Source: Balanoglossus misakiensis (Eukaryota > Animalia > Hemichordata). From it: DNA of 64,000 nucleotides. A model generated the notes under the pieces. The model was not told the origin of the DNA. It did not search any database and saw nothing but the letters and a program-made list of their open reading frames with translations. Below, one piece after another: positions 11,625 through 24,559 of the stretch; the first letter of the stretch is position 1, and every line of letters begins with the position of its first letter. The stretch spans positions 2,346,783-2,410,782 of the forward strand of contig CM082580.2 in NCBI GenBank assembly GCA_040954595.2, read 5' to 3'. Position numbers and translations under genes: made by a program.

Positions 11625-14600
11625 TCAACTGTACTGGATGGATCTCTTAGCGCGTTCCAAGACTTCCTGCTGCTGCTCAGCTGTCAGAGTCTGCTGCGGG
11701 AAATCAAACAACACTTGACGGTTGTGGGACTGTTGGTAGTCACCTTCCTTGTAGAAGATATTAACACCCTCCCTCCGAGAAACTCCTCTCACATTTTCTA
11801 TCGCCATCAGGATTGCCTGTAATGCAAATATACCAGAAGTCGCCGTGAATGTGGATTATACTGGTTTCTTTTAATTTACAATTTAGCATGCACTGAATAT
11901 GCTTAGTGTTCGGTTTAGGCAGGTTTTACTGTACTTTGGCCTCATCTCTGGTATCCACACTTGTGTGATGTATGACATCCCACTATATCCACCAGTTTCT
12001 TTCAGAATATTCTCTTCATAGAGCTTCAGTAGATGCCTGTACAGATCCTCTTGCTGGAATGGACAAAAATTCACTCCAGTTCAAATAAAGCACACAGACA
12101 GTACTACATTGTTGCCACCCTCTCACAACCCCAGCCCTCCCCGACCAGTCTGAGTTGCTGCTGGGCCAGCGACAAGACAATTGACACGTTTACTGACTCT
12201 TCCCACTTCTGTGTCTGTGCTTAAAAAGAAATTACCTGATTTTTGTCAACAATGGGACCAAAACCAGTGAACTGTTTCCTCTTGGAAGCCGGTCCAGTCA
12301 TGTAGATTTGATGTCTTTCGCATTCCTTGGTACCATTAGCTATTGCTAGAAGTTGTTCCTGTGAGGATGAAAGAATCAATTCTATGTTGGCATTTTTTTA
12401 AACAGCTTATACATATAAGAAGACTTACTTGTCTGCTTTCTTATGATAAAAATTCATTGTTTGAATACAGAAGCAAACACAGATTCCTACAAAATCCAAA
12501 TACAGCTGACACAATCATAATTTAACAAAGCTGGTGTCACATAAATTTTACCTTCACCGTGTCATTTTGCATGATAAAATCAAGCAGTTTCTGCATCTTA
12601 CGTTGACAGGAAGTTCCTCTGCAAAGTGAGAAATGAAACTGCTACAATGTACTATAAACATCATACTGATTGAACAACAAGTGAGTATCTACATGTAAAT
12701 GTTGTTTGTATGTCTCCAATAGATCAAGAAAATATTGGAAGTTCCTTTGTCTGGTCTTCCATCTCTTTTTCCTTGTCATCTTCAGACGCTTCAAGGAAGG
12801 AGACATCTGAGAAGGGCAAGTCGTCCATCGTCATGTGCTAATCCGATTCATCTGCCAAGTCAGGGATGGTACACAGTGTCAGAGGCAAAAGTGAACAGTG
12901 CAACAGTGTTACAAAGCTTGAATAAAGCCTTTTCAATTAACCATCAATTTTTTTCAAATGCAGTTGACTCTGGGAACAATATTTTTTCTCCCAGTGCTGC
13001 CTTGATGTGTCACTTACCATCTTTGAAGTAATCCAAGGAGCTGTTTATCTCCACAGTGCCAAGACCTGTCAGAATGATATATATGAGTGTCATCAAATCT
13101 TGTTTTCCTTGTCAGTCTTTCCCTATAGCCACACTTATCCAGCTAGTAGGGATCCTACACAGACAGTTGGGCCCACGGACACAAAATGAACAGTCCAGGC
13201 CTTCAGGTAGAGTTGGGGTCAAAGGTTAAAATAACCTCTTTTCTGAAATAGTCATCCACTTGTTGTAAGCATTCTTTGAATTTGTCCGAGCCTCCACTGG
13301 CCTAACCACGACAAGACACAAAGGAAACAGTGTGTCAGGAATACTGAGAGATAGCTTAGTTCAAATTTGATTTCAATCTAATTGAAACATAATTATGGTA
13401 AACTGACAGAATGTCTGTATCAGGCAAAATTTTGAGAGCATTAAAATGGTATTATCTGCTTTGAAAGAGATACAGTAACGGTTGAAATACATATACTTAC
13501 AATCAAACTGTCTCTCTCAGGGCAGTTATAAGGTTTGAGGTTCTTAGTACTGATACCATAGCTGTGTTTGAGATGAAAGTATATGAAGGTATTACATCAT
13601 TATAAAATAGATGACTGGCAGATTTCTTCTGATAGAGGGCGACGATCGTCTTATGCTTTGGTGTTCACAATCAGTAATCAATGCTGCGATAACAGTTTGC
13701 AACTCTGATGTGCATCAGAAACATTTTACATGTACCGGTTACTTACCCCCGTTTTCTTGTTTGCGGATATCCAATAAAATAAAGTGATGCTTTATGTTTC
13801 TTTCTATGGACAGATTTGACCTGAAAAAGAGGCAAGTGGCATGTTTATAAGCTTCGTTATTGTGAAGTTAGTGTTAATGAAAATTCAAGTCTCACAGAAC
13901 ATAAAACTGTCACTTACAATTGCTTGCCATGCAGGACACTTCCCAATCCTAGCCCATACGAGTTCTTCTGGTTTGAAAATACATGCTGTCGGAATGGAAC
14001 ACAAAAGTATTAAATTTCTGAGCATGTTAATAGTTTTCAGAGAAATGGAAAAATGACATGTACACATTTTTTATAAACAATGTGGCACAGTAGAAAATTC
14101 CCAAACCAGCTTGTGTTTCTCTCTACCTTTTTCAGGGGTTGATGTGTTTAAGACATCAGGCAAGTTGTCATCATCGTCATCATCACTTAATGCAGATGAC
14201 TGATAATCGTCATCATCATCAATCAAGTCCCTTTCCAAATAACTTGGAATTCCTTTTGTCCTGGTAAGAAATTAACATAATTTCAAATTAACAATGGTCG
14301 TGTCACTATTTGCATGTCAGTGTTGCAATCGGAATCTATTGAAGTACATGTACTGCTGAAGAGGTTGATGGAGCAATGTGCAAATATAAACCTAAAAAAC
14401 CCACCTGTTACCACCTTGTCTGTTGCTGTCCATTTTGAATGAATTTTGGCTGGGATCTACAAAACAAGAACATTGCAAAGTGTTAAATTTGATGAACATG
14501 CAAAACCTCACACGGTCATTTTGAATTACAGCAGGGATTGGAGCAGATACCAAGAAGTGTGACTTCAAACACAACACTAAATATACACCTCAGATGTGGC

Positions 14601-15979
14601 AGGACCCAAGTGTAGTATGCATGCTGGTACTTCTACTGGAACAGACTTACAAACAGTTTAACAAGTTGACATTATAATCCCTACTGACCAACATGTAGAT
14701 AAGAGTCACACCTCACCTTGATGGAGATCATTGCACGGGGACACTGTTGCAAAACTATCCATGCTCTCATCAAACGATGGAAAAGCTGGTCTTGGATCAG
14801 CTGATCTGCTGTTTGAAGTTCTGACAGTCTTGCATTTCCTGACTTTTGATGACCTGGCATTGTCAGTGTCTGTTTTGCTTTTCCTTTTACCTTTTTGCTT
14901 TGGATGAGTTGCTGGGTCACTTTCACTGACATGTTTCTGTTTCTTTGATATGTTCTGTTTTGCATTCCTCGGCCGTCTGCTTTTGGCCGGAACAGACTTG
15001 CTTCTCAATCTACTCTGCTGTTCATTCACACCTACTCCAGATCTCCTTCTTCCTGTCTCCATGGTGACATCTCTGGTGCCATCATCCAACTTTCTTCCAT
15101 CATAACCTCGCAGACTTCTCCTTCCCCTCTTTGAATCATCTTGACAACCATCAGCCTCAACTCCATCACTTGCAGTGTCCCGATCGACATGACTGTTCAC
15201 TCTGATACCAGGTTTTGTTGCATCACTCTGATCCTCCGAACCGATTGCACATGGCACTTCACTGGTCTCAGAAGCCTGCAAAGCATTACTCTTTGGTGCT
15301 CTGAGTGTTTTGTTTTTTTGTCGTGGTCAACAACTTGGTCAAGGTCTGTTACTGTTACTTTAGTTGACTTGTGGGAAACATCCAAGTTTTTTGGGCTTTT
15401 GTCGACTGTTTTATCATCAAATGCATTTGTCAGGTCTGTATTTCCACTGTTTGGTGCTTGTGAACTAGAGGTTTGCTCAGCAGTGTCATCATCAATCCCT
15501 GAACTCTGGTTAGCTTTGTCAGTCCCTTTGGCATCAGAAGCATTTTCATTTGTAGTCACACACGTACTGTTGGCTACCTGCTCCTCTGTATCTGAATCTG
15601 AAATATGTGAAATCAATTTGTCTTTGCTGTTGTTGTGATGATCCAATTTCTCAGGAGCTGCTCTGTCCGATTGGGCGCCTCTCTGAATGGTACCTTTTTT
15701 TGCTCCAAAAAACATGTAACATGCTGATCTTTCATACTTGGATGCTACCCTTTTCCGTGGGCTTTTTCGAATAGCTTGCTCTTTGACAGATTCATCAGAC
15801 ACTTTCTGCTGTCCTTGTTCAGACTGTTGTGGGCTGTTGCGAATATCATCTGCATGGTGATCCTCATTATGATCGGATTCTGTCGCCACTACATCGAGAG
15901 TCGGACCAGTGTTACCCTGTGCCGAATCAGGCCTTTCAACAACTTGAGACATGGTCACACTTCATCACTTTGATCAGAA
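11625..15979 (-). pseudogene. PWWP3A-like: Intron-containing PWWP3A/MUM1(EXPAND1)-like pseudogene
   Basis: Exons 13985-13918 (FKPEELVWARIGKCPAWQAI), 13820-13747 (VKSVHRKKHKASLYFIG) and 13561-13501 (YGISTKNLKPYNCPERDSLI) follow the MUM1 PWWP domain. The C-terminal exons (QKLLDFIM; EQLLAIANG; YITQVWIPE / AILMAIENV) follow the MUM1 C-terminal domain. Lesions: frameshifts in the large low-complexity exon (about 15960 and 15280), phase break at 13236, in-frame stops at 12838-12840 and 12724-12726, and a GT>AT donor at 11945. Further 5' exons may lie up to about 18600. Confidence 0.8.
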
Positions 15980-16339
15980 CTGCAATAAGAATATCTGCCC
16001 ATTATAACATGCTTCGATATGAATGCAAAACCAATGCATTGACTTGAATAGTAAATGTAGTGGGCCGGTGAACCTTATATTGATGCAAAGGCAACCCAAT
16101 TGCGGAGAAACCATCCTGATGAGGCATTGCTCTAGTCAGGCAGATCATCCCCTGCACTCAGACCTATAAACCTATGTGTGTATGTATTGACCTTTCAAAA
16201 CAACTAAATCAAACTGTTCAAAAGTAGATGTATACATGTACTGATAAAACTAATCATTCTTGGCAAAGGTGAGAGGGTTTTTCAGCACATTTTCTCCAGG
16301 TGACTTATTTCAGACAGACACTGACCTGCCACTGGTAAT

Positions 16340-18261
16340 TAAAAATTTAATAGCCGGTGGTCTCTGTAACAGCTGGCCTATTAAAGTTATGTAAACATGT
16401 CTAAGTTGGGGGTAACAACTACTTGTAAACAGTAACTTTCAAAACAACTGGACAATTTGTTTAGGAGAAGATTTGCTAACCAAAAACAAAGAAACTTACA
16501 AAAATAACTTGCTAAATTTTGAATATTTCTGATATTATAAATAAATAATAATAATGTATTTATAAAGCGTCATTATCCACAAAAATGTGATCAATGACGC
16601 TTAAAGCAAATAATACACTACAACAATTGGCTAAAAGCAGATTTAAAAAGTAAAGTTTTAACATTTGATTTAAAAACAGATAAGTTTGGTGCCTGAATTT
16701 GGTGCCTGTATCAGAATCGAATAAAAGTTGCACATATACATGTATGTGTTATGAAACTTTATCCTAAATTTCAAAGCAATCGGAGAAAAACAAATTTCAA
16801 AGCAATCCAACAACCAGTTTCACAGAAAATATTTGTTCAAAAGTGGCAAAAACACAAATATGCAAATATCACCAAAATTGTACAATATCTTACTTCAATC
16901 ACTACAAGGAACATGCTGCCAAAGTTCAATGCAATATGACAAGCGGTTTCAGAGAAAACAATTTTTTACAAAAATTGCACAAGTTTCCCCGATAACACAT
17001 TTATGAAAATATCACATTTTTACAACATATTACTTAGGTTACCCCTACGAACATGCCTACCAAATTGCAACGCAATCTGGCATGCGGTTTTAAAGAAAAA
17101 ATATAGCTGCAAGCAGCAATAGCAGGCCCAAGCCAAAATAGCACATAGCAACATAGCAATAAGCATATCTGCTCTGGATGCCAAGATATGGAAAAGTAGG
17201 TCAAAGGTCACCTGAGTTCATGCAAAATTTGGGCAAGAAATGTTGACCCTATACTTGTCCATGTTCAACAAAAACCAAACCTATAGCCCTATTGGTTAGC
17301 CTGGAATTAGGTAAGCAAATAATTAATGAGATATGCAGGTGTCACATGTGACCCCCAATTTTGACTTTTCATTTTTAGTCCCAACCCTCCAAACGCCCAG
17401 TCTGTACCTGCTCAGGATGCCAAGATATGATAAAGTAGGTCAAAGGTCACCTGAGGTCATGCAAAATTTGGGCAAGAAATTTTGACCCTATACTGGTCCA
17501 TGTTCAACAAAAACCAAACCTATAGCTCAATTGGTTAGCCTGGAATTAGGTATGCACATAATTAATAAAATATGCAGGTGTCACAGGTGACCCCCAATTT
17601 TGGCTTTTCAATTTCAGTCCCAACCCTCCAAACGCCAAGTCTGTACCTGCTCTTGATGCCTAGATACGGTAAAGTAGGTCAAAGGTCACCTGAGGTCATG
17701 CAAAATTTGGGAAAGAAATTTTGACCCTATACTGGTCCATGTTCAACAAAAACCAAACCTATGGCCCTATTGGTTAGCCTGGAATTAGGTATGCACATAA
17801 TTAATGAGATATGCAGGTGTCACAGGTGACCCCCAATTTTGGCTTTTCAATTTTAGTCCCAACCCTCCAAACGCCAAGTCTGTACCTGATCTGGCTGCCG
17901 AGATATAGGAATGTAGGTCAAAGGTCACCTGAGGTCACCAAAAATTTGGGCAAGAAAGTTTGACCCTATACTGGTCCATGTCCCACAAGAACGAAACCTC
18001 TAGCCCTATTAGTTAGCCCGGAATTAGGTATGCACATAATTAATGTGTTAAGCAGGTGTTACAGGTGAGCCCAAAAGTTTGCCTTTTATTTTGACCCCAT
18101 TGTGCTCACTGACCAATAGACAGTCACTGTACAGGACTATTGCACAGACCAGAATTCCACAATAAGACGTGGACATAGCTTAAAGGCGGAACGCTCGGTA
18201 GGGCCCTACCGAGCAAAAATCAATCAAGTGTGGGCGTGGCTAAAGCTCTGACGCCACTATA
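16340..18261 (+). mobile_element. Nested Helentron-type (HINE/DINE-1-like) non-autonomous elements; inner copy about 17103-18218
   Basis: The inner copy starts tatagctgcaagcagc...ggcccaagc and ends with the perfect 22-bp palindrome gctcggtagggccctaccgagc. The same 5' end occurs at 27377 (-), 56684 and 58177. The outer repeat resumes and ends in a short hairpin near 18260. Confidence 0.6.
17169..18110. repeat. ~239-bp tandem satellite core, 4 copies, inside the Helentron-type element
   Basis: Unit ctgctc..gatgccaagata...aagtaggtcaaaggtcacctgag starts at about 17169, 17408, 17647 and 17886. Confidence 0.85.
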
Positions 18262-18816
18262 TATCGTTACAACAATTGACCTCTCACCTCCGAAATGGAA
18301 CACGCACTCAAAATGTTAACATCTGCACGTGTTTACTTTTCACACACGATACAGTACTTCCAACCATTTTTCCCACAGTTTAGTTTTGAATACGGTCGTT
18401 TTTCGAACTCGTACTAGCCCAGCTTCCTTTTCACATTTCGTTGTCTCATGCATTCACTGCTGTCGGACGGGTAGGTCCCCCTGCGGCGATTCACTTGGCT
18501 CCGATCGCAAGTTGAATCTCTCTGATGGGTCGAGTAGGTGGACCAGCTGGACGCTGTTGATTATTTGCTTCAACGGCCTCAGTTTGCATTATGATTTGCA
18601 GACTTTTGTTGTTATGTGATTATAATTTCTTATTATTAGAACGGAACTTTTGATATTGTGATGACTTGCATGCGATAAATTTACTACCAAATATTGGCGC
18701 AAAAGTGTGAGTAGAATTGCAACATTTTACCAAAATTTCGTACGGGTCGCACCCGCCAAAAGCAAACACATTTCTATACCCACACGATCCAGCTAGTTCT
18801 TACGTACTCGCGGAAC

Positions 18817-19214
18817 GTGTTGTCAGCTGAATATATCGTGTCGACACGAATTATCAAGATAGCGGTCACTGAAGAGCAGGAGAAAGCACTGGCAATTTTC
18901 TCTGCCATGAATAAATGGGAGCTTTCGGTCCTCGACCGGCGGGGGCACATAAGTTCACCTGGCTGCCGCGGGGGCCGTGCGTGGTATCGGCTACCGGCGA
19001 GTTTGATGCGGGGGACACTGCCGCGCCGGTCTATCGGAAGCAGCAGCCGTCGAACACCGTGCCCATGAGCACATCGGCTTCCGGAGATTCGGTCAACTCC
19101 TGTGAATTTTGTTTTTGTTCGCGATGTCTTACCACACATAGGCAGTCTTGGCTAGTCCGTGGTCTCTACCCGAATTTACCCGGTGTTTCTTACGTTGGGC
19201 ATAAATGGCACTGA
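18817..19214 (+). pseudogene. Frameshifted, internally deleted relic of a small Cys-rich protein resembling the P2X7 C-terminal (ballast)/KolX-like family
   Basis: CEFCFCSRCLTTHRQSWL is joined directly to VRGLYPNLPGVSYVGHKW, resembling the CxxCxCxxC and RxxYPxxxGxxYxG ends of that family. The N-terminal part is in another frame (18817-19068). Family assignment is from motif memory, not a search. Confidence 0.45.
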
Positions 19215-19744
19215 TGAGGCTTTCCCCTCTTCACTTTGTACGGTTGGTACACAAATACAAACGGTCCTTTTCAGGACCAACACAATTTCCAAGAAGAGAA
19301 CTACCGATTTTATGGATGTGTGCATGTTCATGTGTGATAAATTTGGTATGATCATAGCCCTATTTTCAGGTCACGCACACTTTGCAATCAACGCCACAAT
19401 GTATCAATGGTGCCCAATTTTGATTTGCATAATACATCAATCACGCAAATTCAAACTGAAAATCGTACCGATATACCGGTCATATCTCGGGGACAAAATG
19501 ATTTAATCTTCGGTTTTCGAAAGTATTTTCAAATTGTATTGAACCAGAAACCGCGGATGTCGTGCTAAATAAACTCATGCACTCCTTTTGGAATTTAGAG
19601 ACAAAAAAATCATCGGTAGACCTAAATTTACTGTCTATTATGGACAACGTCCGTTCTGTTGTTAGTGAGTTTGAATATCCCACCATTATGCCAACTCTCG
19701 CATGCTCTCGCGCTTTTATACGGGAGTTCTGCCTTTAACCATAG

Positions 19745-20160
19745 AAGTATAAGTAAAGGTATAAATTTAATAAAAAGAATAAAAAATAAAACATCCATGA
19801 TATCAACTGAACACTTACAGGTCGGTGTGAGGTTGACATAAGGTACAGGCATACCAATTTTCAAAGCAATCTGACCAGTAGTTGTTGACTTACAGAGTTT
19901 TGATCAATTTCACATTTTACAGGCTAATTTGCATATTTTTGGGCCTGGCAACTTTGTTTGGACAAACTCCCATCTACAGCCCTGCCTGCACCTACACACC
20001 AAATATTGAGGTGATACGCGCAGCAGTTTTCAAGTTTTTGATGTGGACGGACATACAGACATACATCCATACATACATCCATACATCCATACATACATAC
20101 AGACGCAACCCATCCCATAAGGTCCCATGGTGTATATACCTATACAAATGGGACCTAAAA
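19745..20160 (+). mobile_element. Helentron-type interspersed repeat fragment with (CATA)n microsatellite and terminal hairpin
   Basis: The segment aaagcaatctgaccagtagtt... is similar to about 750-830. (CATA/CATC)n lies at about 20050-20100, followed by the hairpin aggtcccat...atgggacct. Confidence 0.5.
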
Positions 20161-20781
20161 ATGGCCTATTTCGCGACCCGTCAGCAGGGCCCACTCTAAC
20201 AGCTACATGGGTTGAAGTACATTCCCTCATTAACATATGTTAATGAGTACCGTGCGATCTGACTGAGAACGTATAGGCCCATGGCTGGGTCGAAAAATAT
20301 GAAAAACTAATAATATTTAAAAGTCTCAAAACAGTAAAAACAATAAACTCCAGCAAAAACACTGTACGACTTCTCTTCCTACCTTGTTTTTCATCCCTTG
20401 AGATACCATTTCTGCTGTTCCTTTTGTTTTCTTTCTTGTATTTACTCCTACTTTAGTCAACTTTTGGTTTCTTGGCTTTCCCAACTGATCCCTTCTAAGG
20501 ACGTTTCACATTGCTTCCAGTTTTGGCTTTCTTTTAAGGACACTCTGTGCCCTCTCTCCCCCCCCCCCATTCACTTCCTTTTCTTTTTTTCATTCTGTGC
20601 ACCATGACTCATGTGACAACTCTACAGTGATGCTATCGACTGAATCGCTCTCGATCTGTCTATCTTTTCCACTCGTTTCTTTTCTTCTTTCTGTGGAAGT
20701 CTCTTTCTTTGCACCATTCATTCTCTTCTTCTTTCTTGTTTTTTTTTCCTCTGTCGTATGGCTGGAAATTCCCTCTCCCTT

Positions 20782-22771
20782 GGCATTTCTGTTGTAGTAG
20801 AATTTGGCTTTTCTACGGCGCTGTTTGATATCGTCGGTGACACCTGGTATGACTCTAGGCTCTAGCAATTTAGTTGCTGTTGGCAGAATTGTACGGGTGC
20901 GTCGTGACATTAAGCGCTGAACTGCACTACTTCCCATTCCTTCTGTAGGTGTGTTTCTCCAGTCTAGTATGGCTTTCCAAGGATCAGTTCCACTTCTGTT
21001 GGCTTTCTTGAGCAGTTCCTTTGCAATCTTTACAGCTGCTTCTGCTTTGCCGTTGGATTGACTGTGGAATGGCGACGATGTGATCAGCTCAAACTCCCAA
21101 TCTCGAGTGAATTGGTGAAATTCTTCGCTTCCACACTGTGTGTCTGGAACGCCATGTCTGCTGAACTGTGTCTTACAACAGCGAATGATGGTTTGTGCAG
21201 TTGTGTCTTGCACCTGCTCAATTTCCCAGTAGTCTGAGTAGAATTCTACCATGATCAGGTACTCTTTGCCTTTACAGTGACAAAGGTCCATGGCTAGCTT
21301 ACTCCAAGGTCGGTCGAGAATGTCATGTGTCATTAGAGGTTCTTTCGCCTGGTTCTGCTGGTACTCGTTGCATGTACTGCATTTGCTGATGGCATCTTTG
21401 ATATCATCATTCATTCTGGGCCAGAACAGTACATCGCGAGCTTTGTCTAGACTGGATTCTATTCCTAGATGACTGGAATGAACACGTGCAATCATTTCCA
21501 AACGCATCGCTTTGGGTATGATTACTCTGGGCCCCTTGTACAATACGCCATTCTGTGCACTGATTTCATCGCAGTACTGCCAATATTCTGGAATGATGAT
21601 TGGCACTTTATCTTTGGAGTCGGGCCATCCGGCTGAGGTTGTAGCCTTCAGTACTTGTAGGGCTTCATCTTCTTTGGTGAGGCTCTGTATCTGCTGGAAT
21701 CGCTGATCGGATACGTTCAGGAACTCAGCTGCATTGATCTCTGCAATTTCTTTACTGAACTTCTGTTCATCTCTGATACTGAATATTTCATAGGCTGGAG
21801 CATCGCTGCTATTAAATGGTTCTCTGAGGTAGCGGTGGTCTGGACAGGAAATCGGCTATGTGCATCTCCTTTCCCTTCTTGTAGCTGATATTGAGGTTGT
21901 ACTACTGTAATCGGAAGATCATTCTCTGCAGTCGCTTTGGTGCTGACAATAGTGGCTTCTTGAATATGATCTCAAGAGGTTTGTGGTCAGACTGAACGTT
22001 GACTCTCTCACGTCCATGTATGTATTGGTCAAACCGTTCACAGGCAAATACAATGGCCAGGCACTCTTTCTCTATTTGAGCGTAGCGCTGCTCGGTGGGG
22101 CTGAGTGACTTTGAGGCAAAAGAGACTGGTTGCCCATTCTGCATGAGGGTTGCTCCAAGTCCTTTCTCGCTGGCATCACATTGTATGGTTACTTCGTGGT
22201 TTACATCGTAGTACTTGAGTACAGGGTGACTGGTGACCAGCTGTTTGATCTGAGCTATTGCATCGTCGTGCTGAGACTGCCGTGCCCATACAGCATCTTT
22301 GTCAGTCAATCTTTCTGAGTGGCTCACACACGTGCGATAGGTGGGGTAGAAACTTGGCTAGGTAGTTTACAAATCCCAACAGACGTTGCACTGCCTGTAC
22401 ACAGTCTGGTTTCGGCATCTCTATGATGGCATTGATCTTCTGTGGATCTGGCTTTAGACCATCCGCCGTCAACAGGTGTCCCATGAACGGAACTGCATTC
22501 ATGCGAAGACGTTGCTTTTTCTTGTTCAGTTTAAGGTTGACCTCTCTGGTACGGTCGAGTAATCTGATCAGGTTGTTGTCATGGTTACTAATCGCTTCTC
22601 CGCATCCAATTACTAGGATATCATCTGCTATGATTTGTATACCTGGTATACCTTCTAAGACATCATGCTGTCGTCTCTGGAATTCTTCTGGGGCTGTTGA
22701 TATTCCAAAAGGCATGCGTAACCATCTATAGCGGCCATTTGGTGTCCAGGGAGTTGTAAGACAGCTGCTCT
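20782..22771 (-). mobile_element. Degenerate Ty3/Gypsy pol (C-terminal RT, RNase H, integrase); no LTR visible
   Basis: RT: TPNGRYRWLRMPFGI...IADDILV. RNase H: IQCDASEKGLGA...YAQIEKECLAI...SDHKPL. Integrase: HSSHLG...CSTC and SSPFHSQSNGKAE. Frameshifts at about 22310 and 21840, a stop at 21902, and truncation after YYNRNAK. Confidence 0.93.
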
Positions 22772-22814
22772 TATGGAAAGCCACGACTGTCTTATGATGT
22801 GTGACAACTTTATG

Positions 22815-23660
22815 TGGTGAGGTTATTACTTGACGTGATGGGGAAATGCAACGATGTGGGGAGGTTATTGCTTTACGTGATGGGGACATGCAACGACGTG
22901 GGGAGGTTATTTCTTGACGTGATGGGGACATGCAACGACGTGGGGAGGTTATTTCTTGACGTGATGGGGACATGCAACGACGTGGGGAGGTTATTTCTTG
23001 ACGTGATGGGGACATGCAACGACGTGGGGAGGTTATTTCTTGACGTGATGGGGACATGCAACGACGTGGGGAGGTTATTTCTTGACGTGATGGGGACATG
23101 CAACGACGTGGGGAGGTTATCTCTTGACGTGATGGGGACATGCAACGACGTTGGGAGGTTATTTCTTGACGTGATGGGGACATGCAACGACGTGGGGAGG
23201 TTATTGCTTTACGTGATGGGGACATGCAACGACGTGGGGAGGTTATTTCTTGACGTGATGGGGACATGCAACGACGTGGGGAGGTTATTTCTTGACGTGA
23301 TGGGGACATGCAACGACGTGGGGAGGTTATTTCTTGACGTGATGGGGACATGCAACGACGTGGGGAGGTTATTTCTTGACGTGATGGGGACATGCAACGA
23401 CGTGGGGAGGTTATTTCTTGACGTGATGGGGACATGCAACGACGTGGGGAGGTTATCTCTTGACGTGATGGGGACATGCAACGACGTGGGGAGGTTATCT
23501 CTTGACGTGATGGGGACATGCAACGACGTGGGGAGGTTATTTCTTGACGTGATGGGGAAATGCAACGATGTGGTGAGGTTATTTCTTGACGTGATGAGGA
23601 CATGCAACGACGTGGGGAGGTTATTGCTTTACGTGATGAGGACATGCCATTATGATGTGA
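22815..23660. repeat. Homogeneous 42-bp minisatellite, ~20 copies (subterminal transposon array)
   Basis: Unit GTGGGGAGGTTATTTCTTGACGTGATGGGGACATGCAACGAC. Confidence 0.95.
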
Positions 23661-23730
23661 TGTTACTTCTTTATGATGTGAAGAGGGCGCTGTTACGGAG
23701 GGCGCTCTTTTTCTATTGATAAAAGTCAAA

Positions 23731-24496
23731 ATGGAGGACTTGCTGAGGAGAGCGGGGCTCATACGACTCCTCCCAAGATTTCAGGAGGAAAGAATCGATT
23801 TTACAACAGTATTGTCCTTAACCAATGAAGAATTGGCTCGATTGGGAGTTACCAAAGTAGGTGATCGTTCTAGACTGAGGGATTTATGCAGACCCCACAC
23901 ATCAAATGAGTTTTCTCGAAGTGACCAAGCTGGCGTCGCCAGCACTAGTGGCACTGCAAGTTCAAGTCACGTACAAAGGGAGCGGTCACTTTTGTTTACG
24001 CCTAATCAAAGCAGAGCACAACACAGTTACGGCCGAAGAAGTCGTGCAAAGAAATGTAAGCGGACATGGACTGGACAGTTTGTTTGTCTTGCTGATCGTA
24101 ACACTAGTAGCGTCCCATCGTCTGAAATCAAGCAGATACTAACTCGTGCTGGACTTGGACTGAAACGGCTAACTCTTGACAACGAATGTAATAGCAGAGA
24201 CTTGATGGATACTTTGATGTCTGATGCTGGATTTCCACAAATACGTGATTGTGGGGGTGTAGAACTGCTATATTGTGCTCATGCTAAGAAACTAAAGGTA
24301 ATCACATGCAGTTGGTCAGTTCCTGATTTGAAAGCTAATTTAGGGGCTCAGAGTAAGATATACATAAGACCTGTGCAGAAAAATTGTCTACTAAACCCAT
24401 CAATCCAGAGACTGCTGAAGATCCAATAACCCAGATGTGTATGGGCTGTTTAAATGAATATGATATTCGTGAATTACGTGAACACATGATGACCTG
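23731..24496 (+). pseudogene. Truncated transposon-borne ORF: SAM domain, a region typical of invertebrate G2E3-like HECT ligase N-termini, and a CxxC..HxxxC zinc finger
   Basis: SAM-like: MEDLLRRAGLIRLLPRFQEERIDFTTVLSLTNEELARLGVTKVGDRSRLRDLC. Then WTGQFVCLA...AGLGLK...FPQIRDCGGVELL...IYIRPVQ. After a frameshift near 24385: CMGCLNEYDIRELREHMMTC, cut by the next insertion. Confidence 0.65.
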
Positions 24497-24559
24497 TATG
24501 GAAAGCCATGACTGTCTTAAGTGACGTAAAATTATGTTGCCATGGGGATTCTTTATATT

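Larger units (their letters stand above)
22772..24496 (+). mobile_element. Left part of an IS3EU-like DNA transposon inserted in the Gypsy RT; carries a 42-bp array and a SAM-domain ORF
   Basis: Starts TATGGAAAGCCACGACTGTCTTA, a terminus related to those at 24497 and 28975. TAYGG termini are typical of IS3EU. Its own right end is missing. Confidence 0.65.

Noticed and set aside
18180-19738. Possible 1.55-kb Kolobok element (TTAA|AGGCGGAAC ... GTTCTGCCT|TTAA)
   Set aside because: The left candidate overlaps the terminal palindrome of the Helentron-type element and the match is short. Not excluded, but not called.
20160-20781. Gypsy 3' LTR or polypurine tract
   Set aside because: No TG..CA-bounded repeat with a partner; the integrase is truncated and runs into low-complexity DNA.
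22302-23762. 486-aa ORF fusing SPRR-rich repeats to reverse transcriptase, and the opposite 301-aa repeat ORF
   Set aside because: A stop-free 42-bp array happens to be in frame with the interrupted Gypsy RT; it is not a real protein.
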